Shown in pieces: positions 1 to 11,900 of a stretch of 64,000 nucleotides of DNA. The DNA is taken from NCBI RefSeq assembly GCF_964204645.1, contig NC_134031.1, positions 18,359,910 through 18,423,909 on the forward strand, read 5' to 3'. A program made the translations under genes and the position numbers. The notes below the pieces were generated by a model, which saw only the letters and a list, made by a program, of their open reading frames with translations, searched no databases and was not told the DNA's origin. The first letter of the stretch is position 1; every line of letters starts with the position of its first letter. This DNA comes from Tubulanus polymorphus (lineage: Eukaryota; Animalia; Nemertea).

Positions 1-283
1 ATGGGAATTTTGTAAGAGATTGAAATGAGTACATCCATGTGATTAATCGAAATAAAGTAAGATTAACGTTGAAAACTCACCAGAGCATTCGAACCAAAAG
101 CATGGACCTTAATCAATTTAGATGTAATATACATGGACAAGAGTTTTCTATAAAATTTGTGCGTTTTAACGTTTGAAATCTTACTTTATTATGAGAATCT
201 TGTGGATACCGTATTGAATACGGAATCTCAGATTCTCAGGAGTGATTTCTACTCCTATTCCTACTCTCCTACTCAATACAAAC

Positions 284-3200
284 CTTCTCCTCTTTATCTT
301 TCTTAGTATCGTCGACTGATAAAGACCGACTGATCGTTCGTTTACGAGTTTTCTCCACCAGGGCGACATCTGCTTAAAATACAGAAAAACGTTTGAATTT
401 ACCAACGATACAAAACTGTGAACTGTCAGTTATCCGAACTCTGTACCTTTCAAATCTATTTCCATCTCTTCATTGTCTTCAGTCTGCCCGTTATCGAACG
501 TCTGTAACGTCACCAGTTGATAGTAAATTCCTTTATTAGCCATCAGTTCTTCGTGGTTACCCTTCTCCATAACTTTTCCGTTGTCGATAGCGTAGATGAC
601 TTCGGCGTTTTTGACCGTTGATAATCGGTGGGCGATAATCAGCGTGGTACGTCCCTGCGATGCCTGGTCATTCATAAAATGAAAACTTACATAATGAAAG
701 TTTTTAATACTGCGTGTACCAGTAGTATTCAGTTAACTGCTTTTAACTCATTGAATCATTTTAAGTCATCACAAACTGTTGCAAAAGAATAACAATTAAA
801 TTCTATCTTGAATCATCACTTAAACTCAAAACACAAATCACTACACCCAGTTCTCAGTTTATGTATGAATCTGCAGAGTTTGAACATCGGAAATGAACTA
901 CCTGTGATTTTAGCTGTAGAGTCAAACTTAACCATGAACTTTGGATCCAGGGGACAGTTGCACAGTCACGGCTTGGATTAAGGACCAGTCTAAGCTCATT
1001 ATGATTCTATAATTAAGGACTGTGTCTACTCTCTAACAATTTTACCTGATCTAGAGCTGCTTGAACTAATCCTTCACTTTCTGAATCGAGAGCAGACGTT
1101 GCTTCATCGAGCAGTAAAATCTTTGGATCTCGTACGAGAGCTCGTGCTATAGCTATTCGCTGTTTCTGTCCACCGGATAATTGAGTTCCTCGTTCACCGG
1201 CTAACGTTTCATATCCCTAGAAATCAGAATGATTCATCGGGTCTCAAACAGTCGAGAAATAAAATCATACCATTTGGGTTCTCAAACAAAAACTTAAAAT
1301 AAGAATAAGCTCATTTTGGCTCTATAACCAAACTAACAAAGTAAAGACCGGTTATTAGAGTCACAATTTCAATTGAATATTTTGACAGAGAAACTGTTTA
1401 TAAGATAAACTTACTTTTGGAAGTTGCAGAATGAATTTGTGAGCGTTAGCAGATTTCGCTGCTTCGATCACTTCTTCCATCGTGACATCATCGCGTCCGT
1501 ATTTAATATTCTCCGCGATACTGCACCCGAACAAAACCGGTTCCTGTGAGACGATACCGATCTTATTACGCAGCCATTTTATATTCAAGCTTTTGATGTT
1601 GTGTCCATCAAAGACGACCTGTAAGAGAAAACAGATTTAGCTGGGGGTATCAGCAGAAAGAGGAAGAGAAGTTGAGAGAGGGGGTCAGGTATTGAGAGTG
1701 ATAGAAGATAGATAGAGGTATGGAGAAAGGGAGAGTGGATGGAGAGAGGGGATGAAGAGAGGGAGATGGGAAAACAGGAAGGGAGAGTGGAGAGAAGCTA
1801 TTATGGTTAAGATATCTAGATTCAAGCTTAGACTGGTGCAACACTAAATCCTGGCCTCAGAATAGATCACTGCCGTCAGACCAGACTTATCACCGCACAG
1901 TCAGACCAGACTTACCTCTCCGTTATCAGGATCATAAAATCTCTGTATAAGATTAACGACAGTAGATTTACCGCAGCCACTTTCACCGACGAGGGCTACA
2001 GTTTTACCGGGTTCAATCTCCAGATTGAAATTCTGCAAAACCTATCACAAAATATCACAAACAACGCAATTCTTTAAACTGATCGAGGTATTTAACAACA
2101 AATCGTAATTCTAATTCTATCTCTCTTAACCTCGACTTCCTTCCTCGTCGGATACGAAAATGTGACGTCTTTGAATTGAATACGACCGGACACATTCTCT
2201 GGTTTGACGCCGTCAGTTGAGCTCGCGTCGATAGCCGGAATCTGATAACGAAAACATTAGATACGGTCATATTTCAATTGATTAAATGTCTCTAAAAATG
2301 TCGCCTATTGTGGCGAACATTGAGAAAATTTGATTCAAAGTCCGTAAACCAGTTAGATATGTAATGAATAATCCTACAATCAAGGATGATATTTCAAGGA
2401 TGATAAGTTTTGAGATTCATCTAAATACCATCTTCACAGAAACGGCAATCATTATTATTCGCGAAAATATATGATTAACATACATTATCGATTATTCCAA
2501 ATATGGTAACGGCCGAACCCATCGCCGTGGCTACTGCGGTTATATGAGGCGTTATCATACCCATCGACTGTGAGGCGATCATCACGCAGAAAAACACCTA
2601 CAATTGAAATTAAATCAGATTCATTATCCGGGACTAGCCGGTTAGTATTTTATCGGCAGGATTTTCACGGTATTTTTTGCTTACGGTTAAAACTTCTCCC
2701 GGCGAAATACCGCACGTCGTTAAACATTCTTGCCATTGTTGCACCTGCGTACTTCCATACCTAACAATCGAATTAACCGGTTATTTTAAAACTCATCGCC
2801 GTGGTTGAAATCGTCGTAACAATCGACGCCGATGGTAAATACTACTCACCAGAACGATAGCGAATACGTGGAGAATATCACCAGGAAGAAGAACGCGATT
2901 CCTACGGATGAAACAATCGTTTTTCTGTTTCCGATTTTGTAGCTTTCGCGAAGAGCAGAATTGTATCTGTAATTCATAACAACATTACCAGCAACCTAAT
3001 CTTCACAGGGTTCCAAGTCTAATTCCAACCTTCACAGGTACTGGTTCTAAATACTAAATCCACAGAGGGTTGTTGCTGCTACTGTTATTTTGATTGGACA
3101 AACCCTTTACAATACAGTAGGCCCTAAGGCAAAATCAACCCTTGGAACATTCCAAAATTCCTCAGGAGAGATTTGGTACCCAGTCTTAGTCCGGGAAACT

Positions 3201-4692
3201 GCGACTCCTGAGTTGTGAGCTCAAGTCCTGTACGGGGGTCTCTTACCTTTTCAGTTCTTTCTGGTGACCGTTGAATGACGTGACTGTTTTGATACAAGAC
3301 AACACTTCCTCGGCAACACTACCGGCTTTAGCGTAAGATTGTTGTTCTTTATTCGAATAACTTTGTATCAACTTCGAAAGAACAAAAATAATTTAACATT
3401 CATTAGGCCAAGACTAGATTTTGAGCAAATTCAGTGAACTTTAGGAGCCTGGATGGATCCAGTTTTTGGGTTAAGATTTGACTGAAGACTAAACAATATA
3501 AATGAACTAATTGTATAGGGTCAAAGTTAAACCTAGAATTGTAGAAGTGAGTCTAGTTACTGAAAGATGCTGTAAGGCCGAGGTGAATTTGTCTTGCATG
3601 TCAAAATCATAATCCTTTCAGTAACTACCTCCTGGAAAACTTTACCTTTCCAAGGAACGCGGAACAAATGGCCAACAGCGGTGACAATGACATCATCACC
3701 AGCGTCAACTTCCACGACTTAATGAATCCAACAACAAAACCAGAAACGAACATCGACAGACTTTGAACGACGAGACTTGATTTATCACCGAGACCTTCTC
3801 GAACTCTTTCTAAGTCACTGTCGAAACAAACGAAACAAATAAATAAATCAATCAACTTTCTGTTAAGATGTTAATTTTTTCTAAAACTTACTCGGCCAAT
3901 CGCGTGCTAAGTTCGCCGCTCTTATGAGTATCGAACCAGCCGATCTCTTGACGCAAAATCGATTTGAAAAACTCCTGGCGTATGGCGTGAGTCTGACGTT
4001 CACACGCTATCGACCAACACGTTACCTGCAACAACACCGTGTTAGTTACACATTGAAATATAGGTCCCTGTTCCATAGTTGGGGTAGGGAGGAATTGCCA
4101 AAGTAGATTGGCAATTAATCTAAGTCTAGAGGATTAAGCGAAAACAGTGAAAGTGGAATCCAAAACCCAGTTCTATCAGAGTTAAAAACTGACAGTATTG
4201 AAGATTTAACAGTGATGTTGGCGGTAGAATGGTTTTATCCATCCTCATTTGTCTCAGTCATTTGTTAAATAAATCTCTGAAGATGTGTAGAAGCATTTTC
4301 CCCGAAACATCAGCGTATATTGTGGCTCCACAACCGCAACGACTGCAACATATCTCAAAATAAATTTTTTCCATGAAGTTCTTATTGAGTTGCTGGGATA
4401 GCAGCTGACAGATGTACCTGTATGAACGCAGCTGCAAACGTTCCGCACGCGATATACAGATAAACCAGAGCAGAATCATTCATCGCGTCGACGAAATTCG
4501 GTCCTGTTCCGTTCGTCACGTTTATACCGACTGAAAATTTGAAAAAGATCGATGCAATCTAAATATTCTTATCGCATTCAAACATTCAAAGTCATTTCAA
4601 AAGGAAGAATCCACAGAGGCTCGCATCAGAGTAGTAGGAACTGTTAAAACGATAATCTGTTAATCCGGTGTCTACTATATGTAAAATAACAT

Positions 4693-4736
<44 letters not shown>

Positions 4737-6992
4737 TTTATTATATATTCTAGACACTGGATTTAGATTATCATTTTAACAGTTCCTACAACACTGATAC
4801 GAGCTCCTGTGGACGAATTGCATAATTCGCTTTTCAACTTCGGTTGGTCTGCTGAATTTTGCTACATGCATTACACCATATTGCATTCATATGAAACCTT
4901 GTAAATTTCATTACCAAGTAATGTAATTTTAAATCAGCCATTCAACTTTTATTCATTCATTCAGTCAACTTTTTTCAAATAGGTTATAATGCGTTAAAAG
5001 GATGACACAACTGATGAATTAAGCAGTTTTACTTTGTAAATGAATTTACCTGGAATGAAACTGTCAGTCATTTCACCGAAGTTCAAAAATAAAACGGGCC
5101 ACGCAGCGCCGTGAGCAATACTGGCCAGAGATCCGACGATAATCAGCAATACATCGAGTTTAGTAGCAAAACGAAACTACAAAATAGTTAAAGAATAAAC
5201 GAGAGGTCAATAACCATCGATGAAACACTGAAAACCAGTCTCGTTAAAACCAGTCTCGAGATTTAAGATCACTTTTTGACTTTTCACAACTGCGCGAATG
5301 GGTCCTGGGGGGTTTTAATCAGAGATCGATAGTCTACGAAGGTGGTGAATTTTTCGTGAAGAGTTCAGTTAGGTTAAAATCAATAGAACCGCAGTCATCG
5401 GGATAAACATCGCATTACAGTAGATAATCACCTATTCACGCCAAGAATGGAATGAGTTCCTAAACTCATTCACGTATACCATATATGGCTTTGGTTTTAT
5501 AACACTTCGAGATTGTCTAGAGATGATGTAAATGTAGCTTTCCAATTTGATCTGATACCGAAAATGGACGACTACCATATATGGTAACAAACACATGAAA
5601 TAGGTTTACTATCTACGCGCAATAACTGAAAATCAATTGGAGTTGAATGGAAACACTTTTTCATTATGAGGAGAATCAAGGTCATATCTATTAATATAAG
5701 CATTGCTCATAATCATTATCAGCTCAGGATTATTTTATCAAAATCAGGATTTCATTCACACTGAGTTCGATAACTTACCATTTGGAAAAATGATACCGTT
5801 TTTTTCTTATCAGTGCCCATAAAACTGAAAAATTAGGATAAGGATAAACTCTTTTTTACTGTAGTTCAAATCTTTGTACTTCGTATCTCCCTAAACAATG
5901 GACAATTGATAACTTACTACTAAGTATTAGTCAATTGCAATAAGTCAATAATACTGTTAAGATTTTACTTAAAAATCAATTTAAAATATTGGAACAATTT
6001 CATTGAAATCATTTGAAGTTACTGGGACTGATTTACACAGTCAAGGTTGGGATTTCGAAAAAGTTCAGCTCATTTTGGTTATGGTAAACTTAAGGCCAGC
6101 ATAAAAACCCATCTTGCTACAACAGGTTTACCTAATGTTCCACCCCAGTCCTGGGAGCAACCTAAGACTGGTCTGATGATTTAAGAGTACGCCTATTTCG
6201 ATGATATTTTCTTGTAAAATTCCCGTAAATACAAAAGTTCAAAGGCTATATATTGCAGTGCATTTCACAAGTGAAAGAATCAATTTAACCTTCATGTTGA
6301 TAAGATATAGTTTCATACTATTTCAAAGTCAGGGTGTGTCTATTTGTGAATGTATTATGATGTTGATATAGGCCTACCGGTAATGACATGGGAGCTTTAT
6401 TTTAAACCTGACATCGATTAACTACAATTACACTGATCTTTGATAGAGAACAAAAACAACTGTAAAAATAATTGACAATTGTCAAAAAATCAAAATTTTT
6501 TACAAAAATCCTACTTACATCGGTTCCAGTTTATCATCACTTTTTTTACGTTTTGAATCCATTTTTTTTGTGTGAAAATTAAAAACTTAGTCAAAGATTT
6601 GAAAGACGTTCTTTATCAATAATAAGATCCAATTGCGAATATTCGAAAAGATCGAATTTTTGAGAACTATGAATTATCAGTTGAATTTCTGTGAATTTCC
6701 GAGGATGCGCGATGGAACATGCTGCTGTATCACTCCACATCCAGGAAATGATGAATGAATGAACACATATACCATGCAACAGATATACCAGTTGGTAACC
6801 ATGGAAACTAATAATCAATACAGAGAATTTGTACCTGACATCTGGTGGTTCAGTTTGTTTCTGCTCTGCTGCGGTTGAATCAACGTCGGTTGAACCATAC
6901 TTATTAAATGATCCATTGATATTTTCTCTCTCTTCATTGCGTGGATTATCACCAGGCAACAGGGCCGCACGCTCATCATTCTCACGGACCAT
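284..6992 (-). CDS. ABCB1: ABCB1/P-glycoprotein (MDR)-type ABC transporter, N-terminal half (TMD1, NBD1, linker); gene continues beyond the left edge
   Basis: GT-AG exons in consistent phase: 6992-6835, 5824-5779, 5176-5050, 4530-4418, 4025-3892, 3817-3646, 3371-3247, 2966-2850, 2760-2685, 2597-2484, 2241-2131, 2041-1916, 1618-1415, 1216-1046, 663-447, 369-284. Motifs: [15 protein letters not shown], Walker [11 protein letters not shown]-loop VSQEPVLF, signature [15 protein letters not shown], Walker [14 protein letters not shown]-loop IAHRLSTV. The exact ABCB paralogue (B1/B4/B5-like) is not resolved. Confidence 0.95.
4612..4812. mobile_element. MITE-like inverted-repeat element with a central (TA)n tract
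   Basis: Arms cacag..gctcgcatcaga..gtaggaactgttaaaacgataatct and agattatcattttaacagttcctac..ctgatacgagctcctgtg. A related copy lies at 26105-26236. Confidence 0.75.
6519..6562 (-). CDS. Candidate alternative first coding exon of the ABCB transporter ([15 protein letters not shown])
   Basis: ATG at 6562-6560 in an A-rich context (cacacaaaaaaaATGg), 14 codons plus 2 nt, then a consensus donor AT|GTAAGT. Phase 2 matches the acceptor of exon 5824-5779. Confidence 0.6.
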
Positions 6993-7538
6993 TTCAAATT
7001 CTTCGACGGAACTTATTCAACTTCTGAAATCAAGATGCATAAGAAGCTGATGAGAATAGAGCAGGATTTATGAAGTTTCATGAAGATGTTTATAAGCTTT
7101 AGGTTTTGATTGTTGCAACTAAAAACTAAAATTCAAATTGTTCATTAACCTTGGCCCTGATGACGCAGTTCCACAGTCCTGACCAGTGTTCTGATGACCA
7201 GGCTTAAGTTGTTATATTAGCAATAGAACTAAGGTGGTCAAATACTGGTCTTAAATCTAATGACTATGACTGTGCCATGACTATGCAACTGATGCCTCTA
7301 AACTACAGTGAATGAATTACAAGGATAATTTTCTTTCAAAATTTGGGTTTTTATACCTGTCACAAAATATGTTTAAGAAAAACAGTACATACAGACTACT
7401 GAAAACGTTGTAATTAACGCTTCGAATTAAATGGAGGAAGTCAATTCTGATAAATAAATTAGACCATAAAATATATTTGACTTACTTGAATTATGATTTT
7501 TCAAGGAATCCACAATATTAGTTTATAGTCCACAAGTA

Positions 7539-7562
7539 GTGTGTGTGTGTGTGTGTGTGTGT
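7539..7562. repeat. (GT)n microsatellite
   Basis: About 12 GT units seen directly. Confidence 0.95.
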
Positions 7563-8530
7563 CTATCAGGTTTTATTAGAAAGTGCTGCTTAATGATAGT
7601 GTACAACTGGATATTACAAAATGAGGTCAGTATATAGGATCGAGGCTTATAGTCTAAAGGCGAACTACAGTATCAAAGTCAATGAGCGCTAGAACTTGAA
7701 ATAAGAATGACTCAACTAATCAAAGTAGAGTCATTCAACTAAAATAGCATCTGATCGAAGGATAATCTACTTGTTAGTATAGGCCTAATAACTAAGTCCC
7801 GGGTCTATACCAAAATGCAAGGGAGTGTGGGCCCGGGCGCACTTATCACTGAGCTGGAGGTCCCAAGTTCAAAGCTCTGCCTCAAGTATATTAGTATACC
7901 TAAAATAATGAACAAATTCAAAGCTCTACCCCCAGTCCACATTGACACAAACTCAAAAAAGTTTTAGCCTGTGTACTTTACCGACCACAGAACAGGCCAA
8001 CCCAGGCCCAGCGCCTAAGTCCGGAACCTAGACCTGGGTTTAATTTCAGGAACGCCGTATTTTCACAAGCATGATTGTTTAACGACAAGCGTTGGGACAC
8101 ACATACCTGGCTGGACCGAGACCGAGTGAACTGAGCTCAGCCTTTTTTTTTGTTGTGTCCAGGCAAAAATCCTCAGAGACAAAGGTCAGTGAGTGAAGAA
8201 ATCATCATTTGATAAACTTGTTATTTGAAAAGTTCTTAAACGTTAGTTTCAAACCATGAACTCCGATTCCGGCGTCGAATCCGTGAAAATGACCGCAATA
8301 TAATTTATTTAGCGTTTGAAATTATTGGGACTTTCTTGGAATATTTCGCGGAAAACACTTCTTTCGCGGAAGTTTGATGACAATGAATGCAATCGATACG
8401 TCTGAATTCAATATGACGTATAGCATGAAATCAATTGGAACTGTTGTCAATATAGCTGTTTAAAGTACAGGAAAAAACGATAAAAATCGTCACAAAAATG
8501 AGAGGACCCTAGATCGCTACCGAATTTGAC

Positions 8531-8670
8531 AATCACCATGTTTGTATCATGTGATCGACACGCGCACCGGCTGAACGCTGATTGGTCGCAGGTGCACGAG
8601 TAGCGCATGGTTTCTCATTGGCTGATTGGTCGCTCGTCATGGTTTCTCATTGGCTCGATAGCCTATAAAT
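8531..8670 (+). promoter_or_regulatory. MTHFR core promoter in the divergent ABCB/MTHFR interval: four inverted CCAAT boxes, TATA box, E-box
   Basis: ATTGG at 8581, 8617, 8625 and 8649; TATAAA at 8664-8669; ATCATGTGAT at 8546-8555. A donor AAG|GTAACT at 8800 closes a probable non-coding first exon. Confidence 0.7.
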
Positions 8671-8976
8671 ACCCTGATGGCTACCAGAACGATCTCTTCA
8701 ATCATTAACAATCGTAGAGCGAACACCGTCCGGTAACAGTTACGAGTAACATTTGACGTTTACGGATCGAATTAAATATATACTGGTTTTATTTCAAAAG
8801 GTAACTCGACAGATTTTTGAATACTTTCTTCGTTTGAAGCCGGATGCGCGATAACTGCCTGCATCGACCGGTTTGTTTACTGTAAAACAATTAAGCACGT
8901 GTATTTCCGGTTTGTGTTTACGGTTTTGACAGATCAGATTCTTTTCCTTTTCAAAGTAAATTGAAAGTGAAACACA

Positions 8977-11900
8977 ATGAAGCCCGAAGCATTAGAGCAG
9001 CGAAAAAACGCCGTCAGACGGTCGTCCAGCGAATCTTCGTCTAACGATTCTTTTATTGGAGAGCGCCCGAGAAAACTGAGCGCTAATATGATCGAATCGA
9101 GGTATCGGCCTCTGATAGACCGCATCAATAGCCGAATTTCATCCGGCGATAATTTCTTCTCTTGTGAATTCTTTCCTCCGCGGACTGGAAATGGTGCAGT
9201 GAATTTAGTTTCGAGGTAAGGCCCTGGTATAAATTGATAAATCCGCCGAAATTTGAATTAACATCTCATCTGTCAAAAAATAGTAATTGATTTACACCTG
9301 TCAAAATTTTTAAAATGAATAAAATAGTAAGAGGTTTTTATAGGACTGCAATTAGAAATGTGGATCCTGTTGCACATTTGTGAGTTTGAATTACAATACA
9401 CGTTCATTTTCAATGTTGAGAAATATTTTAACTCTGGATGAATTGTTGAAAATTTTTTTGAATATTCTTTTTTTTTACAATTTTTATTTTGACATGTTTT
9501 AGAAAATTCGAATGGACAGAGTCCTTTTTGGAAACTATCGATAATTGAGATAAAGAAATGATTTAATTCAAAAATTCAATTGTAAATTGTTAAATGAAAC
9601 GATAAAGTTAACTTAGAAATGTCTTAAGAAGGAAAATCTTAATTAGGTTAATAAGATTTGAAATGTATTCCTGTGATTGCAATGGTCATGTGTCGCTATT
9701 CGAGTTCTTTTATTAAGCCGAAGAAATTATGAATTTGATTGATACAGCGCAATTTAAGAAAAAACATGAAAGTTGTAGGAAAACTTAATGAAAAAGAAAT
9801 GCCTTGAAAATTGAGATCTAAAAAAATCGAACAAAAATTAAAAAAAGAAAAATATTAACTTGAAAAACTAGGTTTTTTTTTATTTCGAAAAAATATGAAT
9901 CGAATTTGAGAAATTTGTCAAAAACTGATGATTATTTTGAAGGTTTGATCGGTTTGCGGAGGGATCACCGTTATTCTGCGACGTGACGTGGCACCCGGCC
10001 GGCGACCCGAGCTCGAGTAAACCGACCAGCTCGACGATGATCGCTAACGCCATGTTGAATTACAGCGGCATCGAAACCATGCTTCACATGACGTGCGTTG
10101 GCTCGACTCCGCAGGAGGTCACCGCTAATCTGGAGAAAGCGAAATCGTTGGGAATTCGAAACATCCTGGCTCTGAGAGGAGGTCGGTAAAATTCACTAAC
10201 ATAATTCCACAATTGATGATACAGTCAAAGTTCGCTGCCATTGTTTTTAATGCAAACGCCAACATTTTTGAGAGAATATATATAAGCTCAAAAAACTCCA
10301 ATTCAATCGAAATACTATCGATTATAAAATATTATAAATTATAAGATATATAAAATACGTAAAATCGAATTCTTTATAACCCTAAATTCGTTTTAATGCC
10401 ATATTTTCACTGGTCCCAAAAGTGGCGTTACCAATGTAAAGGACTTTTACTGTATTTCAAAGTTTGGTCTTAAGTTGTTACATTGGTTATGGAACCTAAA
10501 TGAGTTTAGACTGGTCTTTAAATTGTTAGATTGGTTTTAGAATGAAATTGTTCCAACTTGAAGCAGAATTCCAAGTTCATTGTAATAACTTCTGGAAGGC
10601 CTGTAGTTCGACTTAAGCTGATCATGGACATATAAACTAGATTATACATCCATATGAGCTGATTGAGTTTGTGTTGTTTTGGGTGCGAGCTTGTGTGGCT
10701 GATTGGTGTAGATTGTGTAAGCACAATTAAACACAATTAATAAATTGTCTGAATTATTAACAATTTAATACATTCAGTCTACAATGAAATTAGAAACGTT
10801 AGAACTTGTTAATACCCTGGTAATCTCTCTCACAGGATTTTTGATTCAATTCACAGAAATATTTTTCCAGTTCCAACTTGTATTTAATTACATAATCTGT
10901 GACAATTGCCTTTTGTACTGTTTTTGTAATAATACCTTGAATGAATTTGGGCTTGTTGCTCTTACCGAAAAAAAAACTGACAAAAAGTTTCGCAACAGAG
11001 TTCCGAATAAGGCTTGTAGAATTGAGTCACTCAGGATTCTTACAGAAGGGAATTGCGGATTTAATTTTCCATGGAGAGAAAATTTGGGAATTTTTGGTGT
11101 CTTGCTATTCTTGCTGGTGATTAGTGGCACAAGGAACAGCTCCCACTGAGAATATCTGATAATCTAATCAGGGAATGATTGGTCAAGGATCGAAAGGAAT
11201 ATGATTGGAAATATTGGGGAATTTTGGATGAAACTTGCATGATTTTTTTTCTAATTGTGGGTTTTTCTTTAATTTGAAATTTAACTTGTCTCTGCAAAAA
11301 TTGGTTGCAAATCAAAAAGATGATTGAAAGAAATTGTTTTTTCTCGTCAGATCCTCCGGATGATGACGGTGTGTGGAAGACTCAAGAAGGCGGTTTTAAT
11401 TACGCGACTGATTTAGTTCGTCACATCAGAAAAGAATTTGGAGACTATTTCGTCATCTGCGTCGCAGGTACGTAACGATTCATCGGAAAATTACCGGACC
11501 TATTTATTTTTGAAATCGATTGTCAGACTTTGGACCCGAGAGTTCAGTTTGTTGACGCGTGTGAAGTGTTTTAGTCTGAAGCGTCTGTACAGAGTACATG
11601 GTGCTCGATCGAAGTAGAACCCGTTTTATGATCGATAAGATTTTAAAGGTTAAAGAACCATCAATCATGGTTCATTTACTGCGCAATTGTTTCTGCATAA
11701 GTGACGTCCCAGATTCTTTATCAGATATAAAAAATGTGACTGATAAAAACGGTGCCAATTTTAACCATTTTTGTTACGTAGTCAAGGTGCGTATTTTGTA
11801 CCTTGGTACGCGGCTTTATTTAGCGAGGGGAACTGACAAGACTGAACAATTTTGGAAAAAGAAGTCCTTTTGCAAATATTATTGTTGTAATATCTGCCCT

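Noticed and set aside
81-147. Possible further ABCB exon bounded by TAG and GTGAGT on the minus strand
   Set aside because: In the required phase 0 it reaches a stop after nine codons and lacks TMD2 similarity.
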